In this document: piece by piece, positions 9,549 to 18,755 of the stretch
Layout: the number at the start of each line of letters is the position of its first letter
Numbering within the stretch: the first letter of the stretch is position 1
Assembly: GCA_963796455.1 (NCBI GenBank)
Contig: CAWCLO010000010.1
Location: 96,001 to 160,000, forward strand
DNA from: Candidatus Sulfomarinibacteraceae bacterium
Lineage (GTDB): Bacteria; Acidobacteriota; Thermoanaerobaculia; Thermoanaerobaculales; Sulfomarinibacteraceae
Reading direction: 5' to 3'
Length of the DNA: 64,000 nt
Program-made: the position numbers and the translations under genes
The notes under the pieces: model-generated
The model's input: the letters and a program-made list of their open reading frames with translations, nothing else
The model's database searches: none
Told to the model about the DNA's origin: nothing

Positions 9549-12500
9549 ATGACTGACCCCGACCTCCCCCCAACCCGCACTGAAGCAGAGAGCGAGACGC
9601 TCGATCTGAGGGACGAGCGGAGGACATTCAACGCAGGCCAGGTCGTCGGTGACCGCTACCAGATCATCGCCCTGCTGGGGCGCGGTGGGATGGGTGAGGT
9701 GTGGCACGCCTTCGATCTCAAGCTTCGCGTCGACGTGGCGCTCAAGGCCCTGCGTTCTGACATCTTCAAGTCGGAGAAGCGTCGCGAATCGCTTCGGCAG
9801 GAAGTACGCGCTGCCCGCGAGGTCGTTTCGCCAAATGTCTGCCGGGTCTTTGATCTTCACGAACTCGAAGGCCTTGAACTGGTCTCCATGGAATTCGTGG
9901 ACGGCCAGACCCTGCTCGAGGTTCTTCGCGAGCACGGTCCCCTCGACCTCCAGGAAGCCCAGGATCTGGCCTCGCAGATTCTGGCTGGGCTTGATGCCAT
10001 CCACCAGATCGGTCTTGTCCACCGCGACATCAAACCCGAGAACATCATGCTTACTCGAGCAGGGCGCGTCGTGGTCATGGACTTCGGCATCGCCCGCGAA
10101 GAACACGAAGGATCGGGCACCGTATCCGGCACCGCCGCCTACATGGCTCCCGAGCAGGCCGCCGGCCAGGCCGTGGACGCCCGTGCCGACATCTACTCCG
10201 CCGGAATCGTCCTAGCCGAGATGGTCAACCCCACTGGCCTCAAGGACCGGGAAAGTCGTGAAAGCGTCTGGGAAGCCGTGCGCGCCGAACCAATCACAAT
10301 CCCCGACTCGCCCTGGACCGCGGTCATCACCAAAGCGGTCGCCAAGGATCGCGACCTACGGTTCGACTCGGCCAACGAACTCAGCCGTGCTCTCGAAGAG
10401 GTGACCCTCCGCGTCGTCGGCGCCGACGATCTCCACCCCTACCCCGGTCTCGCCTCCTTCACCGAAAAAGACGCCGAGTACTTCTTCGGCCGTGAGGCCG
10501 AGGTCGAACAGATGTGGCGGACGCTGGAGGGACCACCTCGTTTGCTTGGATTGGTTGGTCCCTCCGGCGCCGGAAAGACCTCCTTCCTGAGGGCGGGCCT
10601 TCTTCCAAGCGCTACCTCGACATGGGTCGTGGTCCGCTGCAAACCCGGAACCTCTCCCTTTGTGTCCCTGGGCCAGGCGCTGGCGCCCGAGATCGCCAGC
10701 GACGCTGAAGCCATGCTCCTTTTGCCCAGGGTTCAAGAGCCCGGCACTGCTGTCCAGCTTGTCAATCGATGGTCGCGATCAGCGCCCAACTCGGTACTGA
10801 TCGTCGATCAGTTCGAAGAGCTCTTCACTCTCAACGCTGAGGAGGTGCAGGACCGTTTTTCGGGTTTCCTCTCGCGTTTACCTCTCGAGGCAAACGTTTT
10901 CGTGCTGCTATCGATGCGTGATGACTTTTTGATGCTGTGCCACCAGATTGAACGGCTTCGTCCCATCGTGCATGGTCTTACCCTTCTGGACCCGCCAGCT
11001 GGAGCAAATCTCCGTCGAGCCCTCGTCCACCCTGCGAACAAATGCGGCTATCGATTCGAGTGTGACGAACTCGTGGAGGACATGTTGGCTGAGGTCGAGG
11101 GCGAACGCGGCGCTCTTCCGCTTCTGGCCTTTGCGGCTGCCCGCCTTTGGGAAAAACGAGATCGTGAAACGGGTCTCCTTACACGCGTCGCATACAACGA
11201 TATCGGCGGGGTCGCCGGCGCCCTGGCCCGCCACGCTGAGGCGACTATCGATCGCATCGGCACCAGCCACATCACCATTGTCCGCGAGATATTCCGAAAT
11301 CTCGTCACCGCCGGGGGAACTCGCGCGGTCCGCGAATGGGATGAACTCCTCTCCATATTCAGCAATTCGCACGGCGAATCACCCGAGGAGGTGCTTCGTC
11401 AGCTGATCGACGCACGCCTGCTGACGTCCTACGAAATCCGTGAAGAGGACAAGGCATCGACGAGGATGGTTGAGATTATCCACGAGTCCCTCCTGGCCAA
11501 TTGGCCCCGGCTCGTTCGTTGGAAAACACAGGACCAGGACGGCGCGCAGATCCGCGATGAGCTTCGCCAGGCGGCGCGCTCATGGGACGAACACGACCGG
11601 CAAAATGATCGACTCTGGACCGGCACTGCATTTCGGGAGTACCAGCTCTGGCGCGAGCGATACCCCGGTGGGCTAACCGAGTTGGAGGAGGAGTTTGCCC
11701 GAGCCATGACCGCCCACGCCAGACGACGTAGTCGACGAAGGCGAACCGCGGTGGCCGCGCTCATTGTCTTGCTCCTCGGCGGTCTGGCGGTTGTCGGGTC
11801 GTTCTGGCGCCAAGCCGAGCACGCTGCGCGCCGCGCGGAGGCAGCTGAGCTGGTCGCCCTCGGCCAGCTGGAGCTCGAAGGGCACCCGACAGCCTCAGTG
11901 GCCCATGCCATCGCCAGCCTCGAGCTTTCGGACTCTCCGGCCGCGAGAATGTTGGCCCTCGAGGCGTTGTGGCAGGGCCCGACCGCGATCATCATCAACG
12001 ACGAATGGACTCTTCAAACAGTGTTCACGTCGGACGGAAACTGGTTGATTCAGTCGCGTTCGGCTACTGGAACCACTCCGCTGCGTGTAATCGGTGCCGA
12101 TGGCTCGAGCACGGTGCTGGAGCACACTCAAGGAGGCCACGCCGCCGTTGAAGAGGCGGGGGTTGAAAGCGGATACTTCGGGCTGCTGGGGTGGGACAAA
12201 AACAATACTCAGGATGTTCGATCCCTATGGTCTGCACCAGAGAAGATGCTGCTCGCAGAGGCACGGTACGACGGGAGGGGGTTGCTGGGAGGCGTCTCGA
12301 TTCGGTCGGACGATCGCCGAATGCTGATGGTCGTCCACGGGGAAGACGGCCGCCTTGCTGTCGATTCCCTCGGCTTCGACGGTGATCACACGCGTCTCGG
12401 GACCATCGATCTCGACCTCGATCCCGATGAGGACACATGGCTGGTCAGAATGAACAACACAGGCCGGCAGATCGCGGTGGCGACCGGCCAGAAAATTTAT

Positions 12501-14135
12501 ACGGTCGAGATCGGTGATCACGGGCCGTCCGAACCCCGGTTCCTGGGTCGGCAAGAGACTCCACTCATAAAAATTGACATGGATGAGCGGGGCCGCTTTG
12601 TCGCGACTGCCGACGAAAACTGCAGGATACGGCTCTGGTACCTCGATGGTTCTACGGCGCCGGTTGTGATCCAGGGTCCTGCGGAAGGGTGTTCTCTCCA
12701 CACTCCGTCGGACGCAGGGGATTATCTGGTGTCATCCGGCCGTATGAATTCCACCAGTGACCGTGAGTACTGGGTCTGGTCGCTTGAATCCAGGCAACCG
12801 CGGCTGTTGCGACGCTTCGATGTTGGTGGGAGAGGAATAACTGGATACTGGCTGAGCGAGAATTTCTGGGTCAGGAGCGGGCCGGAGCAGCAGGTCCGTC
12901 TATGGCCGATCACGGCGCCGCCGGATGCAGAACCGATCTCTTTGCGCCGAGGCGAGGTTGGCCGATTTGGATATGCGAGGTTCCATCCCAACGAAAAATG
13001 GCTGGTCGTACCGGACGAATCCGGGCTTTCCGTCTGGCCCTTGGCTCGAACCTACCCGACAGTTTTTCGGGCCCACACAGGTCACGTGAATGGGCTTGTG
13101 TTCGGGCCCGAGGGACATTGGCTGGCATCGTCATCAAACGATGGCACGGTCAGGATCTGGCCGCTCGAAGGCGAGCCCCCTCCACGGGGGTGGACCGTCC
13201 TCGATTCTCCTGACCAGCGGGAAATGATGCTCGGGCTGGCGAGATCACCTGACGGCAAGCTACTTTTCGTCGGGAACAGTCGAGATGGCGGCCACCTGCT
13301 GAATCTCGGTGACGAGATTTCCACCACTCTTGTTGACGCTCCAGCCAACCAGATGGGAGGCGAAACCCGTCCCTACGGAGAAACAGCCTTTAGCATCGAC
13401 GGGCGATTTGTGGCTGCGGCATCGGAAGACCTCGAGGATGCCCTTCGAAAGATAGGCGTATGGGACGTCGCTACGGGTGAGCAGATCAATGTGCTGGCGG
13501 AGGGCGAGGTAAATGGCTGGGGCACCCCCCGGTTTACCGAGGACGGTCGTCTCATGGCTTTGGGCCGTTCGGGGTTGCGCTGGTGGGATGTGAAAACCGG
13601 CGAAACCGAAATGGTGTTCGGCGGGGTCTTCCAAAGGTACGCGACGAGCCAGGATCGGCGCCGTCTGCTCCTCCTCGAGGCGTCCACTCACGTTGACCCT
13701 GGGCGCGCCATCTTTCTTGATCTCGATACCGGAGTCGTGACGCCTCTCGAAACTCATGGCAATCGCATCCAATCCGTAGCATTGAATCCGTCCGGTTCTC
13801 TTGCGGTCACCGGCGACAGGGACGGTATCGTTAGGGTTGGACCTGTGACAGGCGAAGAGCCTCGAATTCTTCTCGGTCACGAAAACAGTGTCGATCAGAT
13901 CACTGTGGATCCAATGGGCAGGTTGATCGCCTCTGCGGGAAAGGACCATTCAGTCCGCCTCTGGCCCATGCCCGATCTCACCAAGCCCCCGCTTCACACC
14001 CTGCCGCGCGAGGAACTGATCGCCAAGCTCAAGACCCTCACAAATCTCCGGGCGGCTCGTGACCCCGAATCTGCCACAGGCTGGACCCTGACCCACGCCC
14101 CCTTCCCCGGCTGGGAGACGGTGCCGACATGGTAA
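9549..14135 (+). CDS. Ser/Thr protein kinase + nSTAND1-type NTPase + TM helix + WD40 repeats (paralog of 1768-6213)
   Basis: Same kinase motifs, GPSGAGKTS, VDQFEELFT, SMRDDF, TM helix, WD40 repeats and conserved C-terminal PFPGWETVPTW. Confidence 0.92.
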   Translation: MTDPDLPPTRTEAESETLDLRDERRTFNAGQVVGDRYQIIALLGRGGMGEVWHAFDLKLRVDVALKALRSDIFKSEKRRESLRQEVRAAREVVSPNVCRVFDLHELEGLELVSMEFVDGQTLLEVLREHGPLDLQEAQDLASQILAGLDAIHQIGLVHRDIKPENIMLTRAGRVVVMDFGIAREEHEGSGTVSGTAAYMAPEQAAGQAVDARADIYSAGIVLAEMVNPTGLKDRESRESVWEAVRAEPITIPDSPWTAVITKAVAKDRDLRFDSANELSRALEEVTLRVVGADDLHPYPGLASFTEKDAEYFFGREAEVEQMWRTLEGPPRLLGLVGPSGAGKTSFLRAGLLPSATSTWVVVRCKPGTSPFVSLGQALAPEIASDAEAMLLLPRVQEPGTAVQLVNRWSRSAPNSVLIVDQFEELFTLNAEEVQDRFSGFLSRLPLEANVFVLLSMRDDFLMLCHQIERLRPIVHGLTLLDPPAGANLRRALVHPANKCGYRFECDELVEDMLAEVEGERGALPLLAFAAARLWEKRDRETGLLTRVAYNDIGGVAGALARHAEATIDRIGTSHITIVREIFRNLVTAGGTRAVREWDELLSIFSNSHGESPEEVLRQLIDARLLTSYEIREEDKASTRMVEIIHESLLANWPRLVRWKTQDQDGAQIRDELRQAARSWDEHDRQNDRLWTGTAFREYQLWRERYPGGLTELEEEFARAMTAHARRRSRRRRTAVAALIVLLLGGLAVVGSFWRQAEHAARRAEAAELVALGQLELEGHPTASVAHAIASLELSDSPAARMLALEALWQGPTAIIINDEWTLQTVFTSDGNWLIQSRSATGTTPLRVIGADGSSTVLEHTQGGHAAVEEAGVESGYFGLLGWDKNNTQDVRSLWSAPEKMLLAEARYDGRGLLGGVSIRSDDRRMLMVVHGEDGRLAVDSLGFDGDHTRLGTIDLDLDPDEDTWLVRMNNTGRQIAVATGQKIYTVEIGDHGPSEPRFLGRQETPLIKIDMDERGRFVATADENCRIRLWYLDGSTAPVVIQGPAEGCSLHTPSDAGDYLVSSGRMNSTSDREYWVWSLESRQPRLLRRFDVGGRGITGYWLSENFWVRSGPEQQVRLWPITAPPDAEPISLRRGEVGRFGYARFHPNEKWLVVPDESGLSVWPLARTYPTVFRAHTGHVNGLVFGPEGHWLASSSNDGTVRIWPLEGEPPPRGWTVLDSPDQREMMLGLARSPDGKLLFVGNSRDGGHLLNLGDEISTTLVDAPANQMGGETRPYGETAFSIDGRFVAAASEDLEDALRKIGVWDVATGEQINVLAEGEVNGWGTPRFTEDGRLMALGRSGLRWWDVKTGETEMVFGGVFQRYATSQDRRRLLLLEASTHVDPGRAIFLDLDTGVVTPLETHGNRIQSVALNPSGSLAVTGDRDGIVRVGPVTGEEPRILLGHENSVDQITVDPMGRLIASAGKDHSVRLWPMPDLTKPPLHTLPREELIAKLKTLTNLRAARDPESATGWTLTHAPFPGWETVPTW

Positions 14136-14159
14136 CGGCCGTTCTTTACCAACGGTAAT

Positions 14160-14224
14160 GTGCAGGCGGGACGCCTGCACCACAAAGACACGGGCTCAAG
14201 TGTGGTGCGGGCGTCTCTCCTGCA
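14160..14224. repeat. REP-like palindromic pair (GTGCAGGCGRGACGCCTGCACCAC family)
   Basis: Hairpin unit plus an inverted copy. The same unit recurs at 20346-20413 and 51256-51300. Confidence 0.7.
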
Positions 14225-14252
14225 TTTTGAGCGTTCCGTGGAACGACGTATT

Positions 14253-14400
14253 TCAGGAGTCCTGTGGACCCTCACCATCGTGCACTCTGTCGGGTGTGAT
14301 CGGCAGGAAAGGGTTTATCTCCTGGACCGAACCGTAGCGCCGGCCGTGGTTGAGGTCCTCGGTGTAGAGGATGGTGGCGCCGAGGCGTTTGGTGGCTGCG
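14253..14400 (-). pseudogene. C-terminal fragment of a PIN-domain (VapC-like) gene
   Basis: Manual translation AATKRLGATILYTEDLNHGRRYGSVQEINPF matches the typical PIN C-terminal pattern LYTED..HG..Y....NPF. No start codon or N-terminus is present. Confidence 0.65.
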
Positions 14401-14411
14401 AGGCTCGAAGA

Positions 14412-15526
14412 TCAGACGAGCGTTTGAAGGAAGTTGAGCGCCGGGGTCAAACGGAGTCCGTCTGGTGTGACGACGTCCTTCGTCCCGGACAACGCGAGCT
14501 GCCAGGCCGGGCAATCTGGAAAGCGTCGTTTGAGGTATCTCAGGCTGCGATCCGCCTTCGAGTCCGCAAGCTTGCATTCGACCATGAGGATCGGCAGATT
14601 CCTCTCGACAACCACAAAGTCGACCTCGCGGTCCTCCGAATCACGGAAGTACCTCAGTTCGAGATCGCGGCCTTGGGTGTTGTTCCGGAAATGGACCCAC
14701 TTGAGCAGGTGTGAGGCAACCAGATTCTCGAATCGCGCGGCCGGGTCGGGCACCAGGCTCCAGTCGAAGTGATAGTGCTTGCGGGCCTTCTTGACCGCGC
14801 GGATGCCAGGGGCGCCGAACGGTGGCAGGCGAAATACGGCGTACAGGCGTTCCAGAATGCAAATCCAATTCTCGACGGTCTTGTGGCTCAGCTGAAGATC
14901 CTCGCGCAGCGCGTTGACCGAAAGCGGCGCGCCGACGAGATCGGGGAGCCTGAGGACGAGCAGCTCCAGATTGCCGAGGTCCTGGACCCGCTCGAGGCTG
15001 GTGAGTTCCTCTCGAATGAGGAGGTTCCGGTACTCCCTCGACCACCGTCTCGCTTCGACCTCCGATCCCTCGAAGAACGGTTCGGGAAAGCCCCCGAGGG
15101 TCAGGAGCTGCTGAAGATCATCGGCCGATACGAGACCGAGTTCGGCGACCGAGAGAGGGTGGAGCTGGAGCATGTGGTACCGGCCCTGGAGGGAATCGCC
15201 GGAAAAACGATAGAGATCGAGGCGGGCGCTCCCTGTTACGAGAATCTGCTGCCCTTTCGGCGGCCGTCGTAAATCCCCTTCAGGTAGTTTCGCCAGGAAC
15301 GGTACTTGTGGATCTCGTCGAATATCCAGATCGGGCTCACCGGGAGCTCTCTCTTGAGGATCTGCTCGCGGTCCTCGGCCACGTCCCAGTTGAGATATCC
15401 GCCGACCGTGCCCGGCAGGCTCATTGCCAGGGTGGTCTTCCCGACCTGGCGCGGTCCAGCGACGAAGACCATCTTGCGCTTCAGGTCGCGTACCACCTGC
15501 GGCTTCAGATACCGATCAAACTGCAT
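14412..15526 (-). CDS. AAA_14-type ATPase with C-terminal DUF4143 (PD-(D/E)xK-like) domain; frameshifted near 15253
   Basis: GPRQVGKTT and IFDEIH in ORF 15236-15526. TGSARL, GGFPE, FENLVA and EVDFVV...VECK follow in the other frame. Adding one base at AAAGGGCAG restores a single ORF. Confidence 0.85.
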
Positions 15527-15632
15527 TCAAAGATATTATCTGAATTTTCTACCGTGGTCAAAAAAAACTATAGAATTTTTCGACTGTTGGCGAAATTTAG
15601 AGGAACTCCAAAATTTCAAATCCAGACAGCAC

Positions 15633-16757
15633 TCAATACCGCAACATCGCGGCGATCCCGCCCGGTTCAGCCAGGGCCTTTTTGGCGTCGCCATCGACTA
15701 CTTCGACCTTGCCGCTCATTTCGAGGACGGACTGGCTGAGGCGGTCGATGCAGTGGGGCAGCGGGTGGACGTCCTCGCCGCAGTAGACGCAGGGGCCCTC
15801 GGCATGGGGTGAGTAGGCACTACAGGATCCGCACTCGCCTCCTTTTGCGGTGAAGCCCTTGCCGTAGAGGAGGGTCCAGACCCGGCCCTGGTTGACGGCA
15901 TCGAGGACGGGGGCGAAACCGGCCACGGCCTTGCCGCGGTAGTGGAGTTCGGCGAGCACGCCCTCGACCAGCACCTTTTCGCGGTCGCGTTCCATTTTGA
16001 GCTGGACCTTGAGGATCTTTTTGAGGACTTCCTTCTGCGTGGCTCCGACCTGCATGCTGACGGTGTCCACCAGCTTGCCGCGCATCCGCTTGGGCAGCAG
16101 GCGGGTGAGCTGGCCGGCGGCCCTGGGCGTACCGCCGACGATCAGGCGATCATAGGGCCCGCGCAGGGCGAGATCGTGGAGGGCGTCGATCACCTTTTTG
16201 GCGTGCGAGGTCATTTCGTCATCGCGGCGTTGATCGCGGCGTTTCTGCGAACGCATCTGGTCGGCTCCGAGCGAGCGGCTTCGGGCGGTCGTATCGGAGA
16301 TGAGATCGTCGTGTTCGGTGATCTCGCCCATGTGGACAGTGAAGATCCGGGCTTTTTTGTTGTCGGTGAGAGCGACTGCATAACGCTCGTGCTCATCCAT
16401 GGCTTCGACGACCGGGCGGAGAAAGGCGCCACGCCGCCAGTGGATGGACGCGGCGAAGGCAAGCTCGATCTGGTGGGACTCGCAGAGCTTGGTCTCGGGG
16501 TGGACGACGATCAGCGCCGCCTTCCCCTTGGGTCTCATGTCACGTATGAGTTTGAGGGCCTGCTTGCAGGCGGTGTCGAGGCGATCGCTCTTTTTCTGCC
16601 CTGCCTTGAGTTCCTTGACCAGAGCCTCGGCCTGCACGATAAAACCGCGTTTGCGGTTGGCCTGCTTGTTCTGGTCGATATCCAGGTAGATCGTGAGCGT
16701 ATAGGCTCGTTGCTGAGTCAACGTATAGAGTCGGCTCAAGACACCACGTCCAAGCAT
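15633..16757 (-). CDS. Bacterial archaeo-eukaryotic release factor (aeRF1/baeRF-like) family protein
   Basis: Three-domain eRF1-like layout: TIYLD start, ARIFTVHMGEI, LIVGG, a CxxC-CxxC knuckle and C-terminal GGIAAMLRY. Confidence 0.75.
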   Translation of the reverse strand: MLGRGVLSRLYTLTQQRAYTLTIYLDIDQNKQANRKRGFIVQAEALVKELKAGQKKSDRLDTACKQALKLIRDMRPKGKAALIVVHPETKLCESHQIELAFAASIHWRRGAFLRPVVEAMDEHERYAVALTDNKKARIFTVHMGEITEHDDLISDTTARSRSLGADQMRSQKRRDQRRDDEMTSHAKKVIDALHDLALRGPYDRLIVGGTPRAAGQLTRLLPKRMRGKLVDTVSMQVGATQKEVLKKILKVQLKMERDREKVLVEGVLAELHYRGKAVAGFAPVLDAVNQGRVWTLLYGKGFTAKGGECGSCSAYSPHAEGPCVYCGEDVHPLPHCIDRLSQSVLEMSGKVEVVDGDAKKALAEPGGIAAMLRY

Positions 16758-16883
16758 GGTCACCTCCCTTTTGTCGCACCCATATTCATCATGAGGTTCC
16801 CTTTCATCATACTCCTCCCGGGTGGGGCAAGGGAATCTCCACCGTCAGGCGAATTCCGTTAGGATAGGCACCGAGGTGCGCCC

Positions 16884-17498
16884 ATGAAGAAGATCGATGT
16901 TCGCAAACTTGCCTGTCCCGGTCCGGTGCTCGAGCTCCGGGACCTTTTTGACGCCGGGGAGCGCGAAATCGCGATGCATGTTGCCGACGAACTGTGCCGC
17001 TCGAACGTCACCCGTTTTGCCAGCACACGAGGCGCTACGGTAGACGTGGACGAGCGAGGGGATGGAAGCTTTGTCGTCTCGATCACCGCCGGTGACGATG
17101 CCGCCACCAGCAGACCTGGAGAGGCCGAGCTGCTCACCGCCGAAGGACCGGTTCGCTCCGGCGGCAAGCTGATCGTTCAGATCACGGCCTCGACCATGGG
17201 CACCGGTGATGACGAACTCGGTGCTCTCCTGATGCGGTCTTTCCTGAAGACCCAGGCCCAGCTCGATCGCCGACCGGACGCGATCATCTTTTATAACGAC
17301 GGCGTCAAGCTCTGCTGCGAGAGCTCGGTGCTGCTCGAAGATCTGGAGAATCTGGCGGAGACCGGGGTGGAGCTCATCGCCTGCGGGACCTGCCTCAATT
17401 ATTTCGAACTGGCCGACCAACTCCGGATCGGACGGGTCACCGACATGCTCGAGATCGCCTCGCTGCTTGCAGAGGCCGGGGCCGTCGTCCGGCCGTGA
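16884..17498 (+). CDS. yedF: Sulfurtransferase-like selenium metabolism protein (TusA + DsrE-like domains), YedF family
   Basis: IDVRKLACPGPV (TusA CPxP motif), GDDELGALLMRSF and ACGTCL. Located in the selD operon. Confidence 0.85.
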   Translation: MKKIDVRKLACPGPVLELRDLFDAGEREIAMHVADELCRSNVTRFASTRGATVDVDERGDGSFVVSITAGDDAATSRPGEAELLTAEGPVRSGGKLIVQITASTMGTGDDELGALLMRSFLKTQAQLDRRPDAIIFYNDGVKLCCESSVLLEDLENLAETGVELIACGTCLNYFELADQLRIGRVTDMLEIASLLAEAGAVVRP

Positions 17499-18637
17499 CC
17501 ATCTATTTCGATCACGGCGCGACGTCTTTCCCCAAGGCACCGGGAACGGCCGAAGCGATGCACCGGTTCCTCGACGAAGCCTCGGGGAACCCCGGCCGAG
17601 GCGGCCATCGTTTGACGCTGGCGGCGTCGAGGGCGGTGGAGGGGGCGCGCGAAACAATCGCTACGCTGCTCGGCGGCGATCCCGAACGAACCTTGCTCGG
17701 TCCAGGCACCACCTTCTGGCTCAACACCGTGATGCGTTCGTGCCTCGATGGCGGCGGCCGCGTCGTCACCTCAGCACTCGAACACAACGCCGTGATGCGA
17801 CCGCTGCGGTGGTTGGAAAAGAATCGAGGGGTCGAGGTCGTCGTGGTGCAAGGCGGCGATCGAACGGGCGTGCCGACCGCGGAAGAATTCGCTGCCCGGG
17901 TCTCCGAGGCACCCACAGCCCTGGTCGTATGCACTCACGCAAGCAATATCACCGGAGCCATCCTTCCGGTAGCCGAAATCGCGCAAGCCGTGGCACCGGT
18001 GCCGGTGCTGGTGGACGCAGCGCAGACCGCGGGTTCGATTCCCTTCGATTTTTCCCGGCTCGGAGTTGCTGCCCTCGCCTGCTCCGGCCACAAGGGTCTG
18101 CTCGGACCGCCGGGCATCGGAGTGTTGATGCTGGCCGAGGATTTCAGCGTCGAAGCTCTGATCCAGGGAGGAACTGGCTCGCACTCTGAAAGCGAGGAGA
18201 TGCCGGAGCATCTGCCTGATCTACTCGAGGCGGGAACGGCCAATGGAGTGGGCGCGGTCGGGCTCGGTGCGGCCTGCTCGTGGCTGAGCGAGCAGACGAT
18301 TGCCGCAATCCAAGAACGCGAACAGGATCTTTTGCGCCGCCTGGTTGCGGGGCTGTCAGACATTCCGGGTCTGACCATCCATGGACGATCCGATGACTCG
18401 AATCACATTGGAGTCCTTTCGTTCACGATCCGGGGCGTCGACAACGGTGAGCTTGCCGCCCGCCTCGACCGCGAGCGCGGCATCTGCGTCCGCGCCGGTC
18501 TTCACTGCGCACCGGCGGCGCATCGCCGGATCGGGACCTTTCCGGACGGTACGATTCGAATCGGCGTGGGGCCGTTCAATACAGAGAGCCATATCGATGC
18601 CCTTGTCGATGCGATGAGAATATCCACGGCATCATGA
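17495..18637 (+). CDS. Class V aminotransferase, cysteine desulfurase / selenocysteine lyase-like
   Basis: YFDHGATS, EHNAV, DAAQ, SGHK (PLP Lys) and RAGLHCAP (catalytic Cys). Confidence 0.9.
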   Translation: MTIYFDHGATSFPKAPGTAEAMHRFLDEASGNPGRGGHRLTLAASRAVEGARETIATLLGGDPERTLLGPGTTFWLNTVMRSCLDGGGRVVTSALEHNAVMRPLRWLEKNRGVEVVVVQGGDRTGVPTAEEFAARVSEAPTALVVCTHASNITGAILPVAEIAQAVAPVPVLVDAAQTAGSIPFDFSRLGVAALACSGHKGLLGPPGIGVLMLAEDFSVEALIQGGTGSHSESEEMPEHLPDLLEAGTANGVGAVGLGAACSWLSEQTIAAIQEREQDLLRRLVAGLSDIPGLTIHGRSDDSNHIGVLSFTIRGVDNGELAARLDRERGICVRAGLHCAPAAHRRIGTFPDGTIRIGVGPFNTESHIDALVDAMRISTAS

Positions 18638-18755
18638 GTGTTGAGTTTTGAGTTATGAGTTTTGATTTGCACCCACCCTCATGCAAGGCTGGAAGCGCCC
18701 AATGGCCGATACCGAACTCCGAATTCCGAATTCCGAATTCGGTTCAGGTACGGCG

